From an uncultured Actinomycetes bacterium (GTDB lineage: Bacteria > Actinomycetota > Actinomycetes > Streptosporangiales > Streptosporangiaceae): DNA of 64,000 bases. Under the pieces are notes generated by a model that searched no databases, was not told the origin of the DNA, and saw only the letters and a program-made list of their open reading frames with translations. The position numbers and the translations under genes were made by a program. The DNA is taken from the NCBI GenBank assembly GCA_963813395.1, contig CAWEYV010000007.1, positions 235,625 through 299,624 of the forward strand, read 5' to 3'. Below, piece by piece: positions 13,593 to 23,309 of this stretch; within the stretch, counting starts at the first letter, position 1, and every line of letters starts with the position of its first letter.

Positions 13593-14940
13593 TCACGCCT
13601 TCGCTGGGGGCTTGTCGGAGGTTTGCTCGTGCAGGCCGAACGTGGTGTTCTCGGTGATCACGCAAACGCGGTCACGCCCGTTCTGCTTGGCCTGGTAGAG
13701 CGCCGCATCCGCGGCTGCCATCAGGTCGGTAAGCTGTCCGCCGGTACCGCTGTCCCAGCGAGCACCGAGCGCGGCGACGCCGATCGAGATGCTGAGACGG
13801 ACCGGGTCAGCGCCGGGGTCATCGTGGACGTCGATGGGCGTGGCTGAAATGTGAGCCCGGATACGTTCCGCGATGCGGTAGGCATCTACCGCCTTGGCCT
13901 GGGGTAGCAATAGGGCAAACTCTTCCCCACCAAATCGCCCTACTAGGTCGTACTCACGGAGGAAGATCGTGAGAGTGCGCGCGACCTCGCGGAGTGCCTT
14001 GTCGCCCGCCAAGGTGCCCGAAGGAGTCGTTAACTGCCTTGAAGTGATCGATGTCGATCAGCGCAACTGCCAGCGGGGTGTGGGTACGCACCGCGCGGGC
14101 GACCTCGGAGGCAGCCTCACGCTCCCAGGTGCCCGCGTTGAGCAGCCCCGTCTTGGAGTCGACACGAGATGCGTTGACGAGGTGGACATGCCGGAACGAG
14201 CGCTGGAGCAATGTGACGAACGGAAACGCGAAAACAATGGTCAGCGGGGTGACGGCGATGCCGAGGGTCACCAGGACCGCGACACACAGCTCAGTCGCGT
14301 CGTTCTGAACGGACTCCCGGGCCAGGATCATGTCCCGGATCCGGACGGCGGGATCGGCGCCCTTGATGGCGGGAAGGAGCAGTGCCGCGTTGACGGTCCA
14401 CTGGACCACCCCGGCGAGAGCGACCGCCAGGATCCAGGCAGTGCCCACTCGCGGGCCTGCCGTGGTGTCCAGTCCCTCGCGCATCACCGCGTGGAAGACA
14501 ACGGACGCGCAGGCGTAGGACAGTCCCACCCCCGCCGAGCTGAAGACGCGCCGGTAGAGCGGAACGCGGCGGATCCTGCGCTGGGTGAGCGCGAATCTGA
14601 ACGCCGGAACTACCAGGGCATACACCGGCGGAAGAAGAATGGCCAGCGGAAGTTCCCAGACGGCATACACATCCCGTATGACGCCCGCATTCTCCCCGGC
14701 CCGCCGGGTCAGCTCCACTGTTGCCGCGGTACACAGCATGAGCGCTCCGCACAGCAACAGATCGCGCGGGACCAGAGGCGTCACGGTGACGGCAAAGCCG
14801 ATCACCGTGACATAGACGGCCGTGACCGCCGCTATGAAGATCACGACCCGGCGCGGGAGTTCCCAGAAGGGCCAGGCCCGGATGGCTGGAAGGTGCACCC
14901 GTGTGCTCAAATGCACACGTTTGCAGCCTTCGGGGACCAT
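13593..14940 (-). pseudogene. membrane-anchored GGDEF diguanylate cyclase, one frame break as assembled
   Basis: ORF 13954..14940 carries a multi-TM N-terminal domain plus the start of a GGDEF domain (DSKTGLLNAGTWEREA...ALIDIDHFKAVNDSFGH). ORF 13593..14012 carries the rest (LAGDKALREVARTLT...VGRFGGEEFALLLP...DAALYQAKQNGRDRV). One extra base sits in 14007-14013. Length is 1348 nt = 3n+1. Confidence 0.88.
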
Positions 14941-15221
14941 CCATCCTCCTCAGCTAGCCGCAAGGAACGGCGTTCGCTTAGCATAGCGCAGGGTAAGAGC
15001 AATGCCCCGTATTGTCACAGAACCCATGCCCCCTCTGTCAAGACCCCATCACGCAGCGAGACCAGCCCCGCCTTGCACCACCTCTTCACCACGAGTTAGT
15101 GCTGTATACGAAGTTGGGAAGATTCACCACGTAAACGTCAATCTATCGCAAAGGTGGATACCGGTCATGGGACCGTAGCACGAGCCATGGCGTGAGACTG
15201 CAGGCTCCTCCTGCCGGAGGC

Positions 15222-15359
15222 CACGAGAAGGGACGCCTGCCATGCGCACCATCAGCTGGGGCTGACTCCCCACCCGGCAACCAAGCACCACACGAGAAGG
15301 GCGGACTCCATGCGCACCATCAGCTGGGGTTGATGCCCACGTACCGACACCGAGCAGCA
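15222..15359. repeat. two tandem degenerate ~69-bp direct repeats (a third diverged core lies at 15406-15431)
   Basis: Copy 1 is CACGAGAAGGGACGCCTGCCATGCGCACCATCAGCTGGGGCTGA. Copy 2 is CACGAGAAGGGCGGACTCCATGCGCACCATCAGCTGGGGTTGA. The core GCGCA.CCATC.AGCTGGGGCTGA recurs at 15406-15431, and the AGCTGGGGCTGAAG part also occurs inside the MFS gene at about 15591-15604. Confidence 0.75.
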
Positions 15360-15401
15360 CAGGACTAGGGGGGACCCCCACGCACGATCACCGGGAGACA
15401 C

Positions 15402-16790
15402 CTACCTGCGCAGCCATCGAGCTGGGGCTGAAGCCGGAGGGAGCAGCCACAGGTGCATCACTACTGAGCAGGTCTGCACATCAGAAGAACAGCGCGTATA
15501 CCCGGGGGGATGGTCAGCGTGTCGTGCACGGCTGACAGCGATGATGATTGCCACGACGGCACCAACAGCTCCGAAGGCCGCTATCACATAGCTGGGGCTG
15601 AAGTGCTCAGCAGCGGCCCCCGCCACCACCATCGCCAGGCCTTGGCCGAGACTCATGCCACCTTGAGCGATGCCGAACGCCTGACTGCGCTGCTCGGGGG
15701 GCGCGGCGCTGACGAACGACGCGTTCGCGGGCAACTGGAAGCAGTCGAGGAGCCCGCTGAGAGCCCAGCACCGCCAGCGCAATCGGCAGCGGCGGGCGGA
15801 ACGCGAACAGGATAAGGACGCTACAGGTCGCGATCGCGAGCGGATTCATCCAGCGCACCCGGTTGGCCGGGGCGACGAGCCGGCTGAACGTCACCATTCC
15901 CACCGACGAGCCCAGGGCCTGCGACGCCAGGATGAGCCCGACCGCAACCGCGCCACCGCCGAGCGTCGCCGCCAGCGGCGCGGAGACCCCCTCAGCGGGG
16001 GCGTTGTAGAAGGCGGCAAGCCAGCCGAGCAGCATCGGGGTCGCACAGCACTGGATTGCCGAACACCAGCCGGACTCCGCACGCCACGCTCCCCCGCACC
16101 CGGGTACCGCGGCTTCCCTGGGCCCGCACGGCCGGCCAGGATTTGACCCACACGCGGGTGATCAGCGCCGACAGCGCGAACGTCGCCGCGTCCACGAGCA
16201 GCGACGTGCGAACCCCGAAGAAGCCGACCACCGCCCCGCCCACGGCAAAGCCCACCACCTGGGCGAACTGCAGCGTGGTGATCGTGACGGCGGTGCCAAG
16301 CACATACAGGTCACCGGGAAGGATGTCTGGGTACAGAGCGGCCCGGGCGGACAGGAACGGCGCACCGATCAAGGTCACCAGGAACAGCAGCACGACGAGC
16401 ACCGCCGTCGAGTATCCCGGACACCGCCATCACGACGACCAGCACGACGCGCATCAGGTCGCAGGCGATCATTACCGGCTCGCCGCGGCAGCCGGTCAGC
16501 CAGACCGGACAGGGTGATCCCGCCCACGAACGTGGGGACCACGCTGGCCGCGAACGTCACCGAGGCAAGCAGGGCCGAGTGCGTCCGGTCGAACACCAGC
16601 AGGGTCAGTGCCACCCGGGCAAGCTGATCACCAGCGACGGAGAGGATCTGGGCGATCCACAGCGCGCGGAACTCGCCGATGGCGAAGACTTCACCGAACG
16701 TTGCCTTGGCTGGAGCCGGGACCGGTCTCGGCGCGCCCGCTGCTTGTGGCGCTGGCGCGCTGGCTTCCTGGCTAATGGCACGTCCCTCCG
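15402..16790 (-). pseudogene. MFS transporter (EntS/MFS_3-like), at least five frame breaks
   Basis: Fragments lie in four listed ORFs (16375..16614, 15992..16402, 15607..16035, 15402..15782) plus an unlisted frame. Hand translation gives FGEVFAIGEFRALWIAQILSVAGDQLARVALTLLVFDRTHSALLASVTFAAS..., PVMIACDLMRVVLVVVMAVSG, LVVLLFLVTLIGAPFLSARAALYPDILPG..., MLLGWLAAFYNAPAEGVSAPLAATLGGG..., and ALSGLLDCFQLPANASFVSAAPPEQRSQAFGIAQGG. No clean start codon was found. Confidence 0.8.
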
Positions 16791-17050
16791 TGATGCAGGA
16801 TCATCAGCCCGGTGGCCCCACGAGCACGGAGCTATGGCCGTCTCGGCGGGACGAACGGCACAACCGCAACAGGCACCCCCAGCAACGGCACCTGGTAGCT
16901 GTTCAGCATCAGACTGTCACAGAACGCCACGCCCAGCTACCGGTCTCCGGCACGCGGCGACCGCCGAAGCGTAAATAGTCAGCGCACGGCGACCATCGGT
17001 GCCGCCCACCACGGTGACACCTATGACCGTCCGGGGATGACCCCGGCCGG

Positions 17051-19703
17051 TCAGCCTTCGCCGCGCAGGACCGCACCGACCTGGCGGCCCGCTTCGGCCA
17101 CGGCGGCGTCCCTGGCGACGGTGGTCTCCTCGTCGGTGAGTGTGCGGTCCGGGGCGCGGAACCGCAGCCGGTAGGCGAGGGACTTGTGCCCCGCCGCGAC
17201 CTGCTCCCCGGTATAGATGTCGAACAGCCGGACGTCTTCGAGCAGCGACCCGCCATCCGCACCGGCCACCCCGGCGGCGAGCGCGGCCGACACCCGCGCC
17301 GCGGGCACGGAGTCGGCCACCACGAGGGCGACGTCCTGTGTCGCCACGGGGTATGCCGAGAGCACCGGCGCCTGGGCCGGTGGCAGGTCCGCCACCGCGG
17401 CCCCGATCACCGACAGGTCGAGTTCGGCCGCGGATACCCGCGCGGGCAGCTTGAACGCCTGCAGCACCCGGGGGTGCAGCTCGCCCGCGTGGCCGGCCAG
17501 GACCGGGACGCCACCGTCCCCGGTGACGTAGATCGCCGAGCAGCGGCCGGGATGCCACGGCGGATGCTGGTCGGCCTCGATCCGGAACGAGGCTCTGGTC
17601 ACCCGCAGCACCTCGCGGGCCGCCTCGATGGCGTCCTGCCAGCCGGCCGGACGGCCGCTGCCCCACCATCCGGCCAGGTCATAGTCGCCGGCCAGGACCA
17701 TGCCCACGCGGAGCGGCTGATGCGGCAGGGCGGCCTCGATCTCGGCGAGCTCGGCCACCGCCGGTCCCCGGTCCACCCGGAGGATGGGTGCGGCGCGCTG
17801 CGGGCCCGGGCCGGGCCGGAAGACCAGGCCCATCTCCTGCAGGGCCACGTCGGCGAATCCCCGCCCCAGGTTGCGGGCCAGCACTCGGAGCAAGCCGGGC
17901 AGCAGGGTGGTACGCAGGAACGGTTCGTCCTCGCTGAGCGGGTTGGAGATACGGGTGGCAACCCGGCGCGGGTCATCGGCGGGCAGTTGCAGCCGGTCCC
18001 AGTCCGCGACGGAAGCGAACGGGGAGCTGAGCACCTCGACGTAGCCCGCACCGGCCAGCGCCCGGCCGACCGCGCGGCGCATCCGCTGCGCGCCGGTCAG
18101 GCCGCGCCCGGCGGTGGCACGCGGCATCTTGACCGGGATGTTGTCGTACCCCTCCAGCCGGATGACCTCCTCCGCCAGGTCGGCGGGCTGGCGCAGGTCC
18201 GGCCGCCAGGACGGGGGGACGACCGTGAGCAGCACATCTCCGCTCTCGTGCTTACCGTGGTCATGCCGTGCATGCCGGTTCAGGGCGGCGCTCCGGGCTG
18301 CTGCCGTGGGCTTGGCCGGGGTGGCCTCCGCCTCGCCGGCCGCTACCGCGTCCGCCGTACCCGTCGCGCCGGGCTCGATCACCTCGCAGCCGACGTCGCG
18401 GAGCCGGCGGATCACGGTGGCCGGGCTGTAGGCCAGCCCGGCGACCTGGCCCGGGTAGCTGACCGGGAGGCTGATGGTCACCGTGGGCACATCGGCCTGC
18501 GCATGGGTGCAGCCGGGCACGACGGTCGCGCCGCCGAGCGAGCCAAGCAGCGCGACCGCCTTGGCGGACGCGCGCAGCGGGAGTTCCCGGTCGACCTCGC
18601 GCTCGAACCGGTATGACGACTCGCTGAACAGCCGGTGGCGCCGGCTCATCCGGGCGGTCCCCCGCGCGGAGAAGTGCGCGGCCTCGATCACCAGGTCACG
18701 GGATGACTCCGAGATCTCGGTCGCCAGCCCGCCCATGGTCCCGGCCATCGAGATGGGCCCGGAGGAGTCGGTGATGAGGATGTCGTCGGGGTCGAGGTCG
18801 CGGATCACGTGGTCGAGCGTTTCCAGGCGCTCTCCCGGCCTGGCCCGGCGGACCACGATCGGGCCGGACAGCGCGGCCTTGTCGAACGCGTGCATCGGCT
18901 GGCCCAGCTCCACCATCAGGTAGTTGGTGATGTCCACGGCCAGCGACACCGTGCGCATCCCGGCCCTGGCCAGCCGGACCCGCATCCACAGCGGGGTCGG
19001 CGCGTCCGGGTCGAAGCCCGAGGGCCTCCCGCAGCACGAACCGGTCGCAGGCGGTCGGGTCGTCGATGCTCGCCGGGTACACCTCGGGCGAGGTCGCCGT
19101 GACGTCGCCGGGCAGGCCGGTGTCGGCGGGGTCGGTGAACGGGACGTCGAACGCGGTCCCCAGCTCGCGGGCCACGCCGCGCACTGACAGGGCGTAGCCA
19201 CGGTCCGGGGTCACCGCAATGTCCAGAACATGATCGGCCAGCCCGGCGTAGCTGACGAAGTCCTCGCCCAGCGGGGCGTCAGGGTCCAGGACCAGGATCC
19301 CGGAGTGGTCTTCGCCGATGTCGAGTTCCCTGGCCGAGCAGATCATCCCTTCCGACGTCCGCCCGTAGGCCTTCTTCGCGCCGATCTCGAAACCGCCAGG
19401 CAGCACGGCACCCGGCTGGGCGAACGGCACCTTGTCGCCCACGGCGAAGTTCACCGCACCACAGATCACCTCGCGGGTCTGGTCGCCGGTGGACACGCGG
19501 CAGTACCTGATGGGCTTCTTGAACCCGGTCAGCTCCTCGATCTCGAGGACCTGGCCCACCACCACGCCGCTGATGTCGTGACCGACCGCCTCGGCGGTCT
19601 CCACCTCGAGACCGGCCGCGGTCAGCGCCCGCGCGACCTCGGCGGCCGGAACGGAATCGGCCAGCGGGGCGTATTCCCGCAGCCAGGACACCGGAACGCG
19701 CAT
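17051..19703 (-). pseudogene. pheT: phenylalanine--tRNA ligase beta subunit, one frame break as assembled (probably a sequence error)
   Basis: The N-terminus MRVPVSWLREYAPLA...TACDRFVLRE is in the frame of ORF 18696..19970. The remainder GFDPDAPTPLWMRVRLARAGMRTVSLAVDITNYLMVELGQPMHAFD...AYRLRFRAPDRTLTDEE is in ORF 17051..19201. The switch is at 19015-19030. Length is 2653 nt = 3n+1. ATG 19703 shares one base with the pheS TGA. Confidence 0.92.
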
Positions 19704-20821
19704 CAGGCCTCCATCCCCAGTGCCCGGCTGAACCGGACGTCGCCCTCCAGGGTGTCCCTGATGTCGGTCACCCCGTGCCGGACCATGAGCGTGCGCTCGA
19801 TGCCAAGCCCGAAGGCGAAACCGCTGTACCGGTCCGGGTCGATGCCGCACGCGACGAGCACCTTCGGGTTGACCATCCCGGCGCCGGCCAGCTCGATCCA
19901 GCCCTGCGACCGGCACACCCGGCATGGGGCCCCGCCCGGCCGGGTGGAGGCACCCCGGCAGATGTGGCATTCCATGGACACGTCCATACCGGGCTCGACG
20001 AACGGGAAGAAGTCAGGACGGAGCCTGGTCCGCAGCCCCTCGCCGAACATCGCGGTCACGAAGGCCTGGATCGCGCCGCGCAGGTCAGCCATGGTCAGCC
20101 CCTCGTCCACGGCCAGGCACTCGATCTGGTGGAACACCGGGCTGTGCGTGGCGTCCAGCGGATCGGTGCGGAAGCACTTGCCCGGGCTGACCACATATAC
20201 CGGCAGCGGGCGGGTCAGCAGGGCGCGGATCTGCACCGGCGAGGTGTGGGTGCGCAGCACCATGCCGGAGTCGCCGCCGTCCGGCCCGGCCACGAAGATG
20301 GTGTCCTGCATCTCCCGGGCCGGGTGGTCGGGCGGGAAGTTCAGCGCGTCGAAGTTGTACCACTCGGCTTCGACCTCGGGCCCTTCGGCGACCTGGTAGC
20401 CCATCCCCACGAACACGTCGGCGAGCCGGTCGCTGACCGTGGTCACCGGATGCCGGGCACCGAGCGGCGCCCGGTCCCATGGCAGGGTGACGTCCACGGT
20501 CTCCTCGACGAGCACCCGCCGGTCGCGCTCATCCTCCAGTTCCGCCTGCCGGGCGGCCACGGCCTGCCCCACCTCGCGGCGGGCCGCGCCGACCCGCTGC
20601 CCTGCCTCGGCCCTGGCCTGCGGCGGCAGCGCCCCGATCTCGGCGTTGGCGAGCGCGAGCGGCGACCGGTCGCCCGCATGTGCGAGCCGGACGGTCTTCA
20701 GCTCATCGAGCGTGCTCGCGTCGGCGATGGCGGTGAGCGCGCTGGCCAGCGCGGTGGCGACCCCTTCCGGCGACAGCGCGGCCACCTCCACCGGGTCGTA
20801 CTGCTTATTTGGTGCGGACAT
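19703..20821 (-). CDS. pheS: phenylalanine--tRNA ligase alpha subunit
   Basis: Motifs: HPVTTVSDRLADVFVGMGY, FDALNFPPDHPAREMQDTIF, CFRTDPLDATHSPVFHQIE, and GWIELAGAGMVNP (class II motifs). ATG 20821 (MSAPNKQYDP) follows GAGGG. GTG 20833 is an alternative start. Confidence 0.94.
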   Translation of the reverse strand: MSAPNKQYDPVEVAALSPEGVATALASALTAIADASTLDELKTVRLAHAGDRSPLALANAEIGALPPQARAEAGQRVGAARREVGQAVAARQAELEDERDRRVLVEETVDVTLPWDRAPLGARHPVTTVSDRLADVFVGMGYQVAEGPEVEAEWYNFDALNFPPDHPAREMQDTIFVAGPDGGDSGMVLRTHTSPVQIRALLTRPLPVYVVSPGKCFRTDPLDATHSPVFHQIECLAVDEGLTMADLRGAIQAFVTAMFGEGLRTRLRPDFFPFVEPGMDVSMECHICRGASTRPGGAPCRVCRSQGWIELAGAGMVNPKVLVACGIDPDRYSGFAFGLGIERTLMVRHGVTDIRDTLEGDVRFSRALGMEA

Positions 20822-20944
20822 AAGTTTCGCCACCCTCGCGAACTATCTGGGCAAGTATGCGGTTTGCGAAGTCTCCAGGATTGTCTCTGCCTAACGGCTG
20901 CCGCGTGGTGAGGCTCCGGGTGCCGGCGGCAGCCCGGCCGGCGC

Positions 20945-20975
20945 CGCGGGGGTTCCGGGGGCTCGGGCCCCCGGG
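20945..20975. repeat. GC-rich hairpin repeat with GGGGGTTCCGGGG core (copy D), immediately after the kinase stop codon
   Basis: CGCGGGGGTTCCGGGGGCTCGGGCCCCCGGG is nearly identical to 13471-13505 (GCGGGGGTTCCGGGGCTCGGCGGCCCCGGGGAG). It has a 7-bp G/C stem (20955-61 pairing with 20968-74). Confidence 0.55.
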
Positions 20976-22238
20976 CTAACACTGCGGGCCCGCGGCGAAG
21001 TCGGCCCGACGAGCACCCTGAGCCGCACCGCCGACGAGCACGGTGACCCACCCGGCTGCACCCTGGCCCGCCTTGGCCCCCCAGCTGGGCGGGCTGGCGG
21101 GCATGGTAAATCGGAACTCAGCGCCGCCGCCGGGGGCGCGCTGCACGATGATCGTGCCGCCGTGCGCTTCGACCAGCCCCTTCACGATGTAGAGGCCGAG
21201 CCCGGCGCCGCCACGCCGCTTGGCCCGCCAGAACTGGCGGAAGACGCGCGGGACCAGTTCCGGCGCCACGCCGTCGCCCTCGTCGCGAACAGAGACCGCG
21301 ACGCCATCGCCGGTGCCGCGTGGGCCCCGGGGGTCGGCGATTACCTGCGGCTCTACCACGACTGTCACCGTACCAGCACCGTGCCGGACCGCATTCTCGA
21401 TGAGGTTCCCGAGTATTTGGTCGACCTTGTCCGCGTCGAGCCACGTTTCGGGGAGCCCAGGTGCAGACGATCCACGCGGTTCCGGTCCGGCTCGTCGCCG
21501 GCTGCGACCGGCCGGCCACGATCTTCTCCACCCGCTCGGGGATGCTCACCAGCTGCCGGTGGATCTCCATCCGCCCCGACTCGATCCGGGACACGTCAAG
21601 GAGTTCGGTGATGAGCCGGGTGACCCGGTCCGCGTCGGCGTTGACGGTCTCCAGCATCACGCGCTTCTGGTCGTCGGTGAACCGGCTCCACTTGGCCAGC
21701 AACGTCGCGGTGAAGCCCTTCACGCTGGTCAGCGGCGACCTGAGTTCGTGGGCGACGGTAGAGAGCAGGTCGGCGCGGCTGCGCTCGAGCCTTGCCCGCT
21801 GCTCCGCGCCGCGCAGCGTGACCACGAGGCGCTCGACCGCGCCTGGCCCGGCGCTGCAGCCAGGGTGGAGCCGGGTATCCCTGGGCCGCGCACATAGCCA
21901 ACGGTGACGAGAAGCTCGGTCCCGTCCTTGAGGTACAGCGACATCTCGGGGTGCCGGGTCCGGGTGGACAGCCCGTGGTACGGGTCGGCAGCCACCCACC
22001 AGCAGCGCCCATCGGCGTCTCGCAGCGGGAGCAGTTGCCGCACATCCGCGCCGAGCGCGGCGGAGCGGGGGATTCCGGTCAGCCGGGTGGCCGCGCGGTT
22101 GAACACGGTGACCCGCGCCGCGTGGTCGGCAACCACCAGGCCATCGGGCAAATCGTCAGCACAGACTACGGAGCTGGCCAGCGCCGGCAACTGCGCCGTC
22201 ACGCCCACCAGGTCCGCCACCGCTCTGCCCGCGTCCAC
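20976..22238 (-). pseudogene. PAS-domain sensor histidine kinase (orphan), three frame breaks as assembled
   Basis: The PAS part is in ORF 21729..22238 (LVVADHAARVTVFNRAATRLTGI...). The DHp part is in ORF 21118..21999 (LLSTVAHELRSPLTSVKGFTATLL...ELLDVSRIESGRMEI). A short unlisted frame carries PVAAGDEPDRNRVDRLHLG. The HATPase part is in ORF 20976..21368 and upstream in that frame (LPETWLDADKVDQILGNLIENAVRHGAGT...VRDEGDGVAPE...GGAGLGLYIVKGLVEAHGG). Confidence 0.88.
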
Positions 22239-22324
22239 TCCCGCCCCTCCCTCCGCTCACATGTACATCGCTTGTTTAGCGGCGCCGCGGGGATCCAGTC
22301 GCGTCCTACCCAGCAGCTGGGCAT

Positions 22325-22370
22325 ATCTAATGACGCAACGTGATCAGATCTAATGACGCAACGTGATCAG
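22325..22370. repeat. perfect 23-bp tandem duplication (ATCTAATGACGCAACGTGATCAG x2)
   Basis: Positions 22325-22347 and 22348-22370 are identical. The region is AT-richer than its surroundings. It lies between the methyltransferase stop (22415) and the kinase start (22238). Confidence 0.9.
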
Positions 22371-22414
22371 ACTCTAGCGCGTTGAGGGGGCTGCGCGGCA
22401 GCACCCTTCTGCCG

Positions 22415-23246
22415 TCACTGCCTCCGCTGGGCCCGGGCGGAGGCGTACAGGCACACCGCGGCGGCGGCGGCCAGGTTGAGACTTTCCGCCCGCCCATATG
22501 GGAACGGCCACCGTATCGTCGGCGAGCGCGGCCAGCTCGGCGGGAAGCCCCCAGGCCTCGTTGCCAAACAGCCAGGCCGTAGGCTCGCCCAGCAGCCCGC
22601 GTGGCTCGATGTCGTCCAGCGACCGGCCCGACTTGCCGTCCGCGGCCAGCACCCGCAGCCCCGCCGCGCGCAGGGCGGCGACCGTGTCCGCGACCTGGCC
22701 GCCCAGCACGAGCGCGAGATGGAAGATGCTCCCGGCGGAGGCACGGACGCACTTGCTGTTGTAGGGATCGACCGATGCGGCGGAGAAGACCACGCCCTGG
22801 GCGCCCGCGGCATCGGCCGTGCGCAGCACCGTTCCGGCGTTGCCCGGGTCCCTGACGTTGGCCAGGATGACCGCCAGGCGCGGCGCGGCATCGGCCAGCG
22901 TGGCCAGAGGCACGTCCACGAAGCGGCAGACCGCGAGGACTCCCTGTGGGGTGATGGTTTGCGCGAGCTCGGCCATGACCTCGCCGCTCACCGTGTTCAC
23001 CTCGGCGCCCTGCTGGCTGGCTTGCCCGGCAAGCCCGGGATGACGGGCTCGCGCAGCCGCGGTCATGAACAACTGGGTGACCACACCGCCGTGGGCAAGC
23101 GCCTCGCTCACCGCCTGCGGGCCCTCGGCAAGGAACGACCTGGCCCGCTCCCGCATTGCTCGCTTGGCAAGCTGGCGGGCGGCCTTGACCCGCGGTGAGC
23201 GGAGACTGGTCAGCTCCGGCCCAGCTACCTCGGTCACCGCAAGCAC
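22415..23246 (-). pseudogene. TrmH/SpoU-family RNA 2'-O-methyltransferase (TsnR-like), one frame break near the 3' end as assembled
   Basis: ORF 22374..23246 carries LAVILANVRDPGNAGTVLRTADAAG...NSKCVRASAGSIFHL...WLFGNEAWGLP...DDTVAVPI. The conserved end YGRAESLNLAAAAAVCLYASARAQ is in the frame of ORF 22415..22891. The switch is at about 22492-22503. Length is 832 nt = 3n+1. Confidence 0.88.
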
Positions 23247-23256
23247 CGCAGACAGC

Positions 23257-23309
23257 CATGATCCTGAAGACTTTTCCGCGAATACGACTGAAAAGTCTTC
23301 AGGATCATG
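23257..23309 (-). terminator. perfect 19-bp inverted repeat (15-nt loop) after rplT; member H2 of the CCATGATC hairpin family
   Basis: CATGATCCTGAAGACTTTT (23257-23275) pairs with AAAAGTCTTCAGGATCATG (23291-23309). It starts 13 nt downstream of the rplT stop and ends 11 nt upstream of the next start codon. No U-tract follows, so terminator function is inferred from position only. Confidence 0.6.

Noticed and set aside
15124-15381. 85-aa minus-strand ORF covering the 69-bp repeats, as a possible small repeat protein.
   Set aside because: A 1-nt indel between the two repeat copies places the conserved core in different reading frames (STPADGAHG versus SQPQLMVRMAG). Conservation is therefore nucleotide-level, and no SD or homology supports the ORF.
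12670-16800. The argC-pheT island as a mobile element or prophage remnant.
   Set aside because: No integrase, transposase, recombinase, tRNA attachment site or terminal inverted/direct repeats flanking the island were seen. Only small dispersed repeats are present.
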